Source: Bacteroidales bacterium
GTDB taxonomy: Bacteria; Bacteroidota; Bacteroidia; Bacteroidales; FEN-979
Length of the DNA: 64,000 nucleotides
Direction of reading: 5' to 3'
NCBI GenBank assembly: GCA_035403225.1
Contig: DAONET010000002.1
Span: 62,443 to 126,442 of the forward strand
Shown: one piece after another, positions 37,538 to 45,866 of the stretch
Position numbering within the stretch: the first letter of the stretch is position 1
Layout of the letters: the number at the start of each line of letters is the position of its first letter
Position numbers and translations under genes: made by a program
The notes under the pieces: generated by a model
Seen by the model: the letters and a program-made list of their open reading frames with translations, nothing else
What the model was told of the DNA's origin: nothing
Database searches by the model: none

Positions 37538-39064
37538 TCAGTCCTTTTCTTCTTCACTTCTCTCCCTGTAGGTCTTCTCCCTGGCTTGTGCCTGAGCATC
37601 CCAACGGGGAATAACAGTAGTGATAAATTCTTTTTTCTCCTTGTTCAACTCATCCATTTTAAGTCCGATGAACTGCTGCGCTTTTGCTTTGGTGGCAATA
37701 TCCGGATACGGGATCTCTTCTGTCTTGCCGTGTTTCGCCAGAATGCGGGCCAGCGCTACCCTGGCCTTCTGTGTCTCGCTGATGCTGTTTCCCAGTAAAC
37801 GTGCTACCTCCAGGGGAGAATGGAAGGAGGAACCGTGCCCGGCGACTGCATAATCCCAATACCACTGTGCCCGGCGGATACTCTGTAATGGCCCTTCCAT
37901 CTCTTTCGCGGTGGCCGAGGCATTCCACGCCTCCCTGGCTTCCAGATGGGCGCTCACCAACTCCGTTTCAGCCTTGCCCCTGATTTCCATGATCTTCTCC
38001 TGCCGCTCATACACGTTTTCCCGAAGTTGCTCTTCCGTTTCCCGGTGACATACCTGACAGGTAGTAGCAATGTTGGCAAGCGGACTGACAATACGATGAC
38101 TGGTGAATTTCTGCCCGCCTTCCTTTACATACGGCATGTGACAATCAGCACAAGCCACACCGCGTTCGGCATGGATGCCGGTCAGAAAAATCTCATAATC
38201 GGGATGCTGAGCCTTGAGGATGGGAGCCTGACTAAGCTGATGTGTGAAATCGGAAAAATTCAGGGAATCATAATAAGCCAGCGCCGCCTCAGCGGTCATC
38301 CCCTTCTGCCAGGGAAACGTGAGATAGGAAACATCCGGTGCATCCGGGCGGTGCTTGTCGAAAAAATACTCTACATGACACTGGGCACAAACCAGGGAAC
38401 GCATCTCCTGGTGAGTGGCTTTGGAGATATCTTTGCCCATGGAAGCAAAGGCTTCCACCAGCGCGGGACGCGTGATCCGCAAATCCATTGTCGTCGGGTC
38501 ATGACAGTCGGCACATCCGATATAATTCACTACCTCGGGACCTTTGGCCGCCCATTTCCCTTTGTAAAAGCCTGCCGGACCGAGCTTCTCCATGAGACGG
38601 GGCACGTCAGGCCCCTTGCAGGTCCAACAGGTGGCAGGCTGAGGTCCGTCATCGGGACCTTTCGGAGCACCGGTCCGTAACGTGTTCCGGATATCATCGA
38701 TGGCAAAATAATGCCCGCGCGCCTGACTGTAATCCTTCGAAAAAGCATATCCAGCCCAGAGTATCACCATCCTGGGATCGCGGTCTAATGCATCAATGAA
38801 CGCACTGCCGTTGTACAAGCTGCGGAAAGAGGTATCGGCGGTCTTAAGGTAGGTCTGATATTCGCGGGGGAAATTCTCACCCCACATGGCATTTCGCGGC
38901 TCATACTCCGTCAGGTTGACCTTGGGCTTATAGACATATTCCGATTCCGCGTTCCGCTCCGTAATGGAGGAAGCCAGCAATCCAAGCAGGAACACCACCA
39001 CCATGGTGCCGAAAAATAACGCCCAGTTTACCCAGACTTTTCTCTTCTTTTTTTGTGTGTCCAT
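37538..39064 (-). CDS. nrfA: Cytochrome c nitrite reductase, pentaheme subunit NrfA (ammonia-forming)
   Basis: It has the active-site heme motif CWTCK plus four CxxCH motifs (CADCH, CAQCH, CADCH, CQVCH). The likely start is MDTQKKK at 39064; the ORF track extends to 39097 and would overlap nrfH. Confidence 0.95.
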   Translation of the reverse strand: MDTQKKKRKVWVNWALFFGTMVVVFLLGLLASSITERNAESEYVYKPKVNLTEYEPRNAMWGENFPREYQTYLKTADTSFRSLYNGSAFIDALDRDPRMVILWAGYAFSKDYSQARGHYFAIDDIRNTLRTGAPKGPDDGPQPATCWTCKGPDVPRLMEKLGPAGFYKGKWAAKGPEVVNYIGCADCHDPTTMDLRITRPALVEAFASMGKDISKATHQEMRSLVCAQCHVEYFFDKHRPDAPDVSYLTFPWQKGMTAEAALAYYDSLNFSDFTHQLSQAPILKAQHPDYEIFLTGIHAERGVACADCHMPYVKEGGQKFTSHRIVSPLANIATTCQVCHRETEEQLRENVYERQEKIMEIRGKAETELVSAHLEAREAWNASATAKEMEGPLQSIRRAQWYWDYAVAGHGSSFHSPLEVARLLGNSISETQKARVALARILAKHGKTEEIPYPDIATKAKAQQFIGLKMDELNKEKKEFITTVIPRWDAQAQAREKTYRERSEEEKD

Positions 39065-39077
39065 TGTACCTCCGCTT

Positions 39078-39656
39078 TTATTCTTCCTCCTCCTCATCCC
39101 TTTCCGTTCTGCTTTCCAGTTTTGTTTTTACCAAGGTATTAGGTGTGCTCGAAAGACCGTTGACCCGGCTGTGTGGACTTTCCCGGTGACAATCGAGGCA
39201 CTGACGCTCCAACAGATGATTCTTATAACCCGGCAATACCGATCCCAGGTACTGCATTCCAACTGTATTTTCGTGACAACGAATGCAGTTTGATTGAACA
39301 ACCTTCTTCCCCGGGTCCAGGATATAAATCACCTGCGGCTCCGTCCGTAACGTGAAAATGGTGGCATGTCGCAATCCATCCTTCGCTTTGAAGGCATATT
39401 TATTGAAAACATTGTTATGCGGAACATGGCAATCATTACAGGTGGCCACTTCCCGGTGGGCGCTGTGCATCCAATCGTTGTACTGCGGATTCATCACATG
39501 GCAGTTGATGCAAACTTCCGGTTTGTCTGAAAGATAAGAGGGAGCTTTTGAGATCAGAACCGCGTATAAAAGCAATCCGCAGAAAATACCCGATAATACG
39601 ATCACCGGGCGTTGCCACGATTCAGGAGGAACAAGCCGACGGATAAATCTTTTCAT
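39078..39656 (-). CDS. nrfH: Cytochrome c nitrite reductase small subunit NrfH (NapC/NirT tetraheme quinol dehydrogenase)
   Basis: 192 aa with an N-terminal TM helix and four CxxCH motifs (CINCH, CNDCH, CIRCH, CLDCH). Confidence 0.95.
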   Translation of the reverse strand: MKRFIRRLVPPESWQRPVIVLSGIFCGLLLYAVLISKAPSYLSDKPEVCINCHVMNPQYNDWMHSAHREVATCNDCHVPHNNVFNKYAFKAKDGLRHATIFTLRTEPQVIYILDPGKKVVQSNCIRCHENTVGMQYLGSVLPGYKNHLLERQCLDCHRESPHSRVNGLSSTPNTLVKTKLESRTERDEEEEE

Positions 39657-39741
39657 GACGAGCAGGACTGGTCCGTGAAAGAGTTTTTATTGGCAGAAAC
39701 AAATATAAAACAATATCCGGATTTTTATTCCGCATTCCCGA

Positions 39742-40596
39742 TCATACCCAATCTTCCTGTAACACTTCCCCCTGCAGACTGACAATCGTTTTCTTGATGG
39801 GAATATTCCGGCCTGCCTTCTGCCTGGCCTCTAAAGCCATCTGTAACAACCCTCCGCAACAGGGTACTTCCATCATGATGACATGCAACGTATTGATATG
39901 AGCTCCGGAAATCATCATGCTCAGCTTCTCCACATACGATTCTTTATCGGAATCAAGTTTGGGACAAGCGATGGCAATCGATTTCCCTTTGAGGAACCTG
40001 GCGTGGAAATTCCCCATGGCAAAAGCCACGCAATCGGCTGCCAGCACAACATCGGCATCTTTAAAATAAGCGGCATTCGGGTTTAACAAGTGAAGCTGCA
40101 CAGGCCACTGACGCAATTCCGACGGTGCGCTCATGCCATCGGCCGCCGCTTTCCCGCTGCCCGCTTCCTGACGGTTGCTCTCCCGGAAGTCAATCTCCCG
40201 GCCACCCGGACAACCACAAGAACGGGGCGCCTTTGCCTCCTGCGCCGGCCCCATGTCGATGTTGTTCTCTTTCAGGTACCCGATCGCTTGCTTTAATAAT
40301 TCTTCTTCACCATGATCGCGCAAATGTTCCAGATGAGCCAGGATGGTGTTCCTCCCTTTAGGAACCAGCGTCTCCATCACTTTCCGCTCATCATAAGGTT
40401 CAGCCTCCCGCTCAATGATTTCAATGGCGCCTTCCGGACAATGCCCGATGCAGGCCCCCAAACCATCGCAAAATAAATCGCTGATCAACCGCGCTTTCCC
40501 GTCAATGATCTGCAAAGCGCCTTCCTGACAGTTGGGAACACAAGCTCCGCAACCATTACACTTCTCTTCGTCAATCTGAATGATTTTTCTTTTCAT
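39742..40596 (-). CDS. 2x[4Fe-4S] ferredoxin-domain protein with Cys-containing C-terminal domain
   Basis: 284 aa. N-terminal motifs are CNGCGACVPNC and CDGLGACIGHC. C-terminal Cys motifs are SCGCPGG and EVPCCGG. It lies between the Rrf2 gene and nrfH. Confidence 0.75.
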   Translation of the reverse strand: MKRKIIQIDEEKCNGCGACVPNCQEGALQIIDGKARLISDLFCDGLGACIGHCPEGAIEIIEREAEPYDERKVMETLVPKGRNTILAHLEHLRDHGEEELLKQAIGYLKENNIDMGPAQEAKAPRSCGCPGGREIDFRESNRQEAGSGKAAADGMSAPSELRQWPVQLHLLNPNAAYFKDADVVLAADCVAFAMGNFHARFLKGKSIAIACPKLDSDKESYVEKLSMMISGAHINTLHVIMMEVPCCGGLLQMALEARQKAGRNIPIKKTIVSLQGEVLQEDWV

Positions 40597-40643
40597 TATT
40601 TATGTATTTTGGTATTGTTTTACTTCATTCTGAATAAAAAAAA

Positions 40644-41042
40644 TTACATATAATACGATAAGGTACGATCGTGGAGGAATTTTTTGAAATCCAGGGTCAT
40701 ATTATTGACAATAGATCCCATCACGCACTCATCAAAACGGCAGGTCTCATTGGACAACGGACAATCGGTAATCTCCAGTTTCCCTTCAATGGCTTCATAA
40801 ATATTCAACAGCGTTATTTTAGCGGGATCTTTCCTCAAGGTAAAACCGCCGGCGGGACCACGAACAGACTTCAGCATCCCGATTTTCACCAGCCTTTGCA
40901 GTACTTTCGCTATATGATTCTTCGAAAAACCCGTAGTATCGGCAATTCTGATGACATTCAACCCATTTTCCGAACGGGCAATCAGCACCATGCTGTGGAT
41001 CGCAATAGAGGCTGCTTCGGATAATGAGAATACTTTTGACAT
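40644..41042 (-). CDS. Rrf2-family transcriptional regulator (NsrR/BadM-like)
   Basis: 132 aa with a winged HTH (IADTTGFSKNHIAKVLQRL) and C-terminal Cys residues (CPLSNETCRFDEC) that could ligate an Fe-S cluster. Confidence 0.85.
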   Translation of the reverse strand: MSKVFSLSEAASIAIHSMVLIARSENGLNVIRIADTTGFSKNHIAKVLQRLVKIGMLKSVRGPAGGFTLRKDPAKITLLNIYEAIEGKLEITDCPLSNETCRFDECVMGSIVNNMTLDFKKFLHDRTLSYYM

Positions 41043-41051
41043 CTTATTTCG

Positions 41052-41072
41052 GTATTTTAATACGCAAATGTA
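41052..41072 (-). promoter_or_regulatory. Candidate -7 box (TACATTTG, minus strand) plus an AT-rich inverted repeat GTATT-TT-AATAC upstream of the Rrf2 gene
   Basis: Plus-strand CAAATGTA at 41065-41072 is the reverse complement of TAnnTTTG, 23 nt upstream of the start. The inverted repeat at 41052-41063 lies between the box and the ATG. Confidence 0.35.
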
Positions 41073-41227
41073 TAATTAATTTTTCGATTGCAGGTATGCT
41101 GTTGCTAAATTTTTTAACTTTGGACCATATTTAGAAAGATTCTAAACGTATTGTATTGATACTGAATTAGATTTGATATTATATTCTGATTCAAAAGAAG
41201 TTATAAGAAAGCCAATATCCATTTCCG

Positions 41228-42028
41228 ATGCCAAAGCAAATCACCAGTCTCCAGAATCCCGTCATTAAAAATATCATGCTGCTGGAAGAAAAGCCGCGGG
41301 AACGGCGACAGCAGAACCTGGCCGTGGTCGAAGGATTGCGGGAGGTGAAACTGGCGATCGGTTCAGGATTTTCGATCCCGTTGATCCTCTATTGTCCGGA
41401 ATACCTGGGGCAAGCGGAGCTGGATGCCCTGCTGGCGGAAATGACCACCCCTCCCGAACTGGCGGAGATTACGCCCGATATCTTTAACCGGCTGGCATAT
41501 CGCCAAAACGCCGGTGGAATTATAGCAACGGTTGTTCCCAGACGCTTGCGTTTCGAGGATCTGCCGTCTGTCATCACTCCCTTGTTCCTAGTCCTCGAAA
41601 CAGTGGAAAAACCGGGCAACCTCGGAGCCATCCTCCGCACCGCCGACGCAGCCAACCTCGACGGGGTGATCATCTGCGATCCCCAGACCGATATCTACAA
41701 CCCCAACGCCATCCGTTCCTCCTTAGGCTGCATCTTTACCATGCCGGTGGTGACCAGTACTACGGCCGAAACCATTGCCTGGCTGCGTTCCAAAGGTATC
41801 CGTTCGTTTGGTACCGCCCTCACAGCTACCGGCTTTTACCACCTTTCCGATTACCGGCAACCGGCAGCCATTGTCATGGGGTCGGAAGCTTTCGGTCTCA
41901 GCCAAACCTGGCTTGATCAGGCTGACGAACTGGTGAAGATTCCCATGAGAGGAAAAGTCGATTCCATGAATGTCTCTGTATCCGCGGCCATCATGGTGTT
42001 CGAAGCTTTACGTCAACGAGGTTTCTGA
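41228..42028 (+). CDS. TrmH/SpoU-family RNA 2'-O-methyltransferase
   Basis: 266 aa with SpoU motifs LVLETVEKPGNLGAILRTADA and IPMRGKVDSMNVSVSAAI. Confidence 0.9.
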   Translation: MPKQITSLQNPVIKNIMLLEEKPRERRQQNLAVVEGLREVKLAIGSGFSIPLILYCPEYLGQAELDALLAEMTTPPELAEITPDIFNRLAYRQNAGGIIATVVPRRLRFEDLPSVITPLFLVLETVEKPGNLGAILRTADAANLDGVIICDPQTDIYNPNAIRSSLGCIFTMPVVTSTTAETIAWLRSKGIRSFGTALTATGFYHLSDYRQPAAIVMGSEAFGLSQTWLDQADELVKIPMRGKVDSMNVSVSAAIMVFEALRQRGF

Positions 42029-42074
42029 TCGAAATTATTTTTTAAAAAACACATCCACCCAAGCTGAAAAAGAG

Positions 42075-42106
42075 TACTTTTGTTTCGTCTTTCTACGAAA
42101 TACTAA
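42075..42106 (+). promoter_or_regulatory. Promoter/operator copy A: TACTTTTG -7 box followed by TTTCG-N8-CGAAA-TACTAA
   Basis: It is nearly identical to the element at 44275-44307 and lies immediately upstream of arsR (ATG 42110). Confidence 0.6.
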
Positions 42107-42109
42107 ATT

Positions 42110-42442
42110 ATGACAACCACCAGGAAATATTTCACGGAAAGCCAGGAAAAAATGGCCCGGTACGCGAAAGCATTATCACATCCGGTCAGAATCTTCATCC
42201 TCGATTTTCTGGCTGAAAATACGCACAAGTGCTGTTACAGCGGCGATATGGCCGAAGAGCTGCCTATCGCCCGCTCAACCTTGTCTGAACATCTGAATGA
42301 ATTGAAAAAAGCAGGGTTGATACAGGGCGAAATCAATCCACCCTACATCAAATACTGTATCAACAACGAGAATTGGGAAGAAGCAAAAACACTGTTTCGA
42401 CCCTTCTTTGAGCGAAAAGTGGTGAAAAGAGTATGCGATTAA
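42110..42442 (+). CDS. arsR: ArsR/SmtB-family metalloregulator
   Basis: 110 aa. It has the HTH region ALSHPVRIFILDFLA...MAEELPIARSTLSEHLNELKKAGLI and a vicinal Cys pair (HKCCYSGD) where the ArsR CVC site normally sits. Confidence 0.9.
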   Translation: MTTTRKYFTESQEKMARYAKALSHPVRIFILDFLAENTHKCCYSGDMAEELPIARSTLSEHLNELKKAGLIQGEINPPYIKYCINNENWEEAKTLFRPFFERKVVKRVCD

Positions 42443-42454
42443 AAAATTATATCC

Positions 42455-42691
42455 ATGGAAATTAAAATCCTGGGGCCCGGGTGCCCAAAATGTAAAACGC
42501 TGGATAAACTAACCCGTGAAGTGGTTGAACATAACGGGATTGATGCGACGATCACGAAAGTGGAAGACATCATGGAAATCATGAAGTATGGCGTCATGTC
42601 AACGCCTGCACTGGTGGTGGACGGCCAGGTCCTGATCAAGGGTCGTGTCCCTTCATCGGATGAGATCAAAAAAATATTAACATCAAAATAA
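42455..42691 (+). CDS. Small cytoplasmic thioredoxin-fold protein (redox-active disulfide protein 2 type)
   Basis: 78 aa, starting MEIKILGPGCPKCK, with a CxxC motif. Confidence 0.85.
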   Translation: MEIKILGPGCPKCKTLDKLTREVVEHNGIDATITKVEDIMEIMKYGVMSTPALVVDGQVLIKGRVPSSDEIKKILTSK

Positions 42692-42700
42692 ACCTGCTGT

Positions 42701-43132
42701 ATGAAAAAACTCATTCCGTTTATGCTCCTTCTGGCCATGTTCACAGGAAGTTATGCCTGCAACGGCCCTGCATCATCCTCTCCGGCCGGCAATGCGGCTG
42801 TTACTACCGGTAAAAAAGTGGAGGTATATTATTTTCATTTTACCCGTCGTTGCATGACTTGCCAGAATGTGGAAAATGTCTCGAAAAAAGCGGTCGAAAC
42901 CTTATATCCCGAACAGGTAAAAAAAGGTGATATCATCTTTAAAAGCGTCAACCTGGAAGAAAAAGAGGGAGAGATCCTCGGAATAAAGTACAAGATCGAA
43001 GGCCAGACCCTGATCGTGATCAGCGGGACGAATAGAGTGGACCTTACGGATAAAGGCTTTTTATATGCCAACAACAACCCCGAAAAACTCACCGCTGAAA
43101 TTAAAAAAGCGGTTGACGGTATGATGAAATGA
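42701..43132 (+). CDS. Exported CxxC lipoprotein (thioredoxin-like; possibly the family annotated ArsF-like)
   Basis: 143 aa with lipobox GSYAC and motif FTRRCMTCQN. The family name is recalled from annotations and was not verified. Confidence 0.6.
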   Translation: MKKLIPFMLLLAMFTGSYACNGPASSSPAGNAAVTTGKKVEVYYFHFTRRCMTCQNVENVSKKAVETLYPEQVKKGDIIFKSVNLEEKEGEILGIKYKIEGQTLIVISGTNRVDLTDKGFLYANNNPEKLTAEIKKAVDGMMK

Positions 43133-43151
43133 TGCGCTGATCAACTGGTAT

Positions 43152-43853
43152 ATGGAAGTACTCGAAAACATTCTCGCCAACTCCCAGTACGCGGCTGTCA
43201 CCGCGTTCATCCTTGGTTTAATGACCGCCATCAGCCCATGCCCGCTGGCGACCAATATCACGGCCATCGGTTTTATCAGCCGTGACATCGAAAACCGCCG
43301 CAGGGTCTTTCTGAAAGGGCTGGTCTATACGCTCGGAAGAGCCATCACCTATACGGGACTCGGTGTCCTGCTCTACCTCGGTGCCAGCAAAATGAAAGTC
43401 ACCAACCTCTTCCAGGGATGGGGCGAAAAACTACTGGGACCGCTGCTGATCCTGATCGGACTCCTCATGCTCGATTTCATCAAAGTCAGGTTCCCGGGGT
43501 TTTCAAACCTGACTGAAAAGATGGGAGACAAAGGCCGTCGATCATACGGGGGCACTCTTTTGCTGGGAATCATCTTCGCGATGGCTTTCTGCCCATACAG
43601 TGGAGTACTGTACTTCGTGATGCTGATCCCCATGACCATCGCAAGCGCCAGCGGGCTCTACCTGCCGGCCATCTTCGCCGTTGCTACCGGCCTGCCGGTC
43701 ATCCTTTTTGCCTGGCTGTTGGCTTACGCTATCGGAAATGTGGGGAAATTCTACGACCGCATTAAAACATTCGAGCTGTGGTTCCGCCGGCTGGTGGCTG
43801 TTTTGTTTATCGCTGTCGGGATTTATTACATTATTATTTTCTTCGTAAAATGA
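43152..43853 (+). CDS. DsbD/CcdA-like integral membrane thiol-disulfide protein (family also annotated as ArsG-like permease)
   Basis: 233 aa with about 6 TM helices. Two intramembrane Cys-Pro motifs are present (AISPCPLATN and AMAFCPYSG). Confidence 0.75.
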   Translation: MEVLENILANSQYAAVTAFILGLMTAISPCPLATNITAIGFISRDIENRRRVFLKGLVYTLGRAITYTGLGVLLYLGASKMKVTNLFQGWGEKLLGPLLILIGLLMLDFIKVRFPGFSNLTEKMGDKGRRSYGGTLLLGIIFAMAFCPYSGVLYFVMLIPMTIASASGLYLPAIFAVATGLPVILFAWLLAYAIGNVGKFYDRIKTFELWFRRLVAVLFIAVGIYYIIIFFVK

Positions 43854-44269
43854 TGAATGCATTATTCGGTAATAAAGGTTTCGAAAGCAATGGCATCCTC
43901 CACCTGGTGCCACGCGATGCCTATGAACTGTGTATGAAAGGAGCAGTGCTCATGGACGTGCGCGAAGAATACATGAACCGATATAAAATGTTTGATGTGC
44001 CCGAGGTTATTTACTGCCCCCTGAGCATCCTCGAAGAAAATTTGGAAAACCTCCCGGCCGATAAACCATTGATTTTTGCCGACGCCGCCGGCTTACACAG
44101 TAAAGAGGCCGTGCTGTTACTCATCGGGAAAGGACTTGGACAACGCATCGCCAACCTGGCCGGCGGACTCGTGGAATGGGAACACGATGGCCTGCCCCTG
44201 ATCATCGACAAAAGCGAAAAACTGACCGGCTCTTGCATGTGCCAGCTCAAACCCCGGGATAAAAAATAA
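43850..44269 (+). CDS. Rhodanese-homology domain protein lacking the catalytic Cys (Asp instead), with a C-terminal CMC
   Basis: About 139 aa from ATG 43850, which overlaps the upstream stop as ATGA. The active-site loop reads IFADAAGLHSKE where rhodaneses carry C-x5-(R/S). The tail is TGSCMCQLKPRDKK. Confidence 0.7.
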   Translation: MMNALFGNKGFESNGILHLVPRDAYELCMKGAVLMDVREEYMNRYKMFDVPEVIYCPLSILEENLENLPADKPLIFADAAGLHSKEAVLLLIGKGLGQRIANLAGGLVEWEHDGLPLIIDKSEKLTGSCMCQLKPRDKK

Positions 44270-44274
44270 TTTTT

Positions 44275-44307
44275 TACTTCGTTTTTCGGATTTCTACGAA
44301 ATACTAA
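44275..44307 (+). promoter_or_regulatory. Promoter/operator copy B: TACTTCG...TTTCG-N8-CGAAA-TACTAA
   Basis: It shares the exact 17-mer TTTCTACGAAATACTAA with copy A and lies 45 nt upstream of ATG 44352. Confidence 0.6.
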
Positions 44308-44351
44308 TAATAAAGAATGGAAAGGTCCATTTCGTTTTAAAAATTGAAAAC

Positions 44352-44726
44352 ATGTCGGAAATAATGAAACCTGGTTTTATCATGTGCGTTTGCACCGGTA
44401 AATGTCCCGGGTTTTCCAAAATGGATATCTGGGATTTCATCAACAGAGTGAGAATCGAATTGCCCGTGGAATATGGGTTTATTCACCCGCAACTATGTGA
44501 AGAAGACGGAGACCGGTTTTTATCGGATTTCCTGAAATCGCACCGGAAAGTGATCATCGGAGGTTGTGCTCCCAATATGCAATATAAACTTTTCAGGGAT
44601 GCTTTCAGGGAAGCCGGTCTTGACATAAACAAGGATCTGATCCCTATCGATGTACGCGACATGACTACCGATCAAGCCGTTGAAAAGGTCAATGCGGCCC
44701 TTGGAAAAATGGAGGAAGCAAAATGA
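44352..44726 (+). CDS. Cys-rich small alpha/beta protein (degenerate DGC-like or MvhD/FlpD-like)
   Basis: 124 aa. Motifs MCVCTGKC and VIIGGCAPN are spaced like PCSG...DGC of the downstream DGC proteins and like the GGCHxGDC region of MvhD. The resemblance was judged by eye only. Confidence 0.45.
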   Translation: MSEIMKPGFIMCVCTGKCPGFSKMDIWDFINRVRIELPVEYGFIHPQLCEEDGDRFLSDFLKSHRKVIIGGCAPNMQYKLFRDAFREAGLDINKDLIPIDVRDMTTDQAVEKVNAALGKMEEAK

Positions 44727-45016
44727 GTGAAACAACTTTCATGGGAGTCGAACGGGAAAGAATCGACTGGAAACCGGTCATCGATTACTCAAAGTGTGAT
44801 TTCTGCATGGAATGCGTAAAATTCTGTCCCCACCGGGTTTTTGAAGTCCGGGAAAACCAAGAGATCAAACTGGTTGTTAAAAACCCCTTCAACTGCGTGG
44901 TGTTCTGCAGGGCCTGCTCGAAAACCTGTGGACCCGACGCCCTGTCGTTCCCCGATAAAAATAAAACATCGCAGATGATCAGAGATATCAGGAAGGAGGC
45001 GGAAAACCATGAGTGA
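44723..45016 (+). CDS. 2x[4Fe-4S]-type ferredoxin
   Basis: 97 aa with motifs CDFCMECVKFCP and CVVFCRACSKTC. GGAGGA lies 6 nt upstream of the ATG, and the gene overlaps its upstream neighbour by 4 bp and its downstream neighbour by 8 bp. Confidence 0.8.
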   Translation: MSETTFMGVERERIDWKPVIDYSKCDFCMECVKFCPHRVFEVRENQEIKLVVKNPFNCVVFCRACSKTCGPDALSFPDKNKTSQMIRDIRKEAENHE

Positions 45017-45866
45017 AAAGTATGCGGTGCTTCCCTGCAACGGACTGGATAAATGCGCAGGGGTCATTTCAAGGGAAATCGCTTTGAGATTATGCGGTGA
45101 TGCCGGCCATGAAATCATTTGTCCGGTGTTTTCCAGGATCGCGGAATTGAAATACCGGAAAATCATCAGCGAACACCCGTTGCTGGTCATCGATGGCTGC
45201 CCTACCCGATGCGCAAGCAAACTTGCGGCAGAAAAGAATTTTAAAATTGCCGGAAAGATAACCGTTACGGAAGAAGCTAAAAAATCCGGGATTGAGCTAA
45301 GTGATACGTTGCAACTCGGGGAAAAGGAACATGCGTTGATCGGGCTCCTGTTGAATGACCTGAAAACACCCGGGAATACATCCAAACAGCCTGATGAAAG
45401 GGAAGGTGAATCGTACCATTTTGATTATGAGACTTTTCAAAAAGGGAAATTCCTTTTCAGAGTCCCCGTGAATAAGGATATCTTTTTTATCGAAAATGAT
45501 TGCTGGGCCTACGTTTCCGGGAACAGGGCCAGAATTGGTGTCACCGATTTCGTCCAGCAAAACCTGTCGGATATCTTGTTTTTCACCCCTCCTGAAATGG
45601 GCTCGGAAATTGATCAGTTCGGTGAAGCAGGAGAAATCGAATCGTCAAAGTCGGTCTTTGAAGTGATCTCTCCGGTTAGCGGAAAAGTGATAGGGGTGAA
45701 CGAAGCCCTGATCCAAAAACCGGAACTGATCAACGAAAACCCTTACGAACTGGGCTGGATAGCCGACCTGGAATTGACCGCGTTCGAAAACGATAAAGAA
45801 TTACTGATCGGTTTTGATCAGTATTTTGAAATAATGAAAAGAAAGGTGATGGATCTCAATGGATAA
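45009..45866 (+). CDS. DGC-domain (putative Zn/metal-binding) protein fused to a GcvH-like lipoyl-attachment domain
   Basis: 285 aa. The N-terminal part has LPCNGLDKCAG...VIDGCPTRCA (DGC motif). The C-terminal part has RIGVTDFVQQ...GEIESSKSVFEVISPVSGKVIGVNEAL...NENPYELGWI, which is H-protein-like with Lys214 at the lipoyl position (codon 45648-45650). Confidence 0.75.
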   Translation: MSEKYAVLPCNGLDKCAGVISREIALRLCGDAGHEIICPVFSRIAELKYRKIISEHPLLVIDGCPTRCASKLAAEKNFKIAGKITVTEEAKKSGIELSDTLQLGEKEHALIGLLLNDLKTPGNTSKQPDEREGESYHFDYETFQKGKFLFRVPVNKDIFFIENDCWAYVSGNRARIGVTDFVQQNLSDILFFTPPEMGSEIDQFGEAGEIESSKSVFEVISPVSGKVIGVNEALIQKPELINENPYELGWIADLELTAFENDKELLIGFDQYFEIMKRKVMDLNG

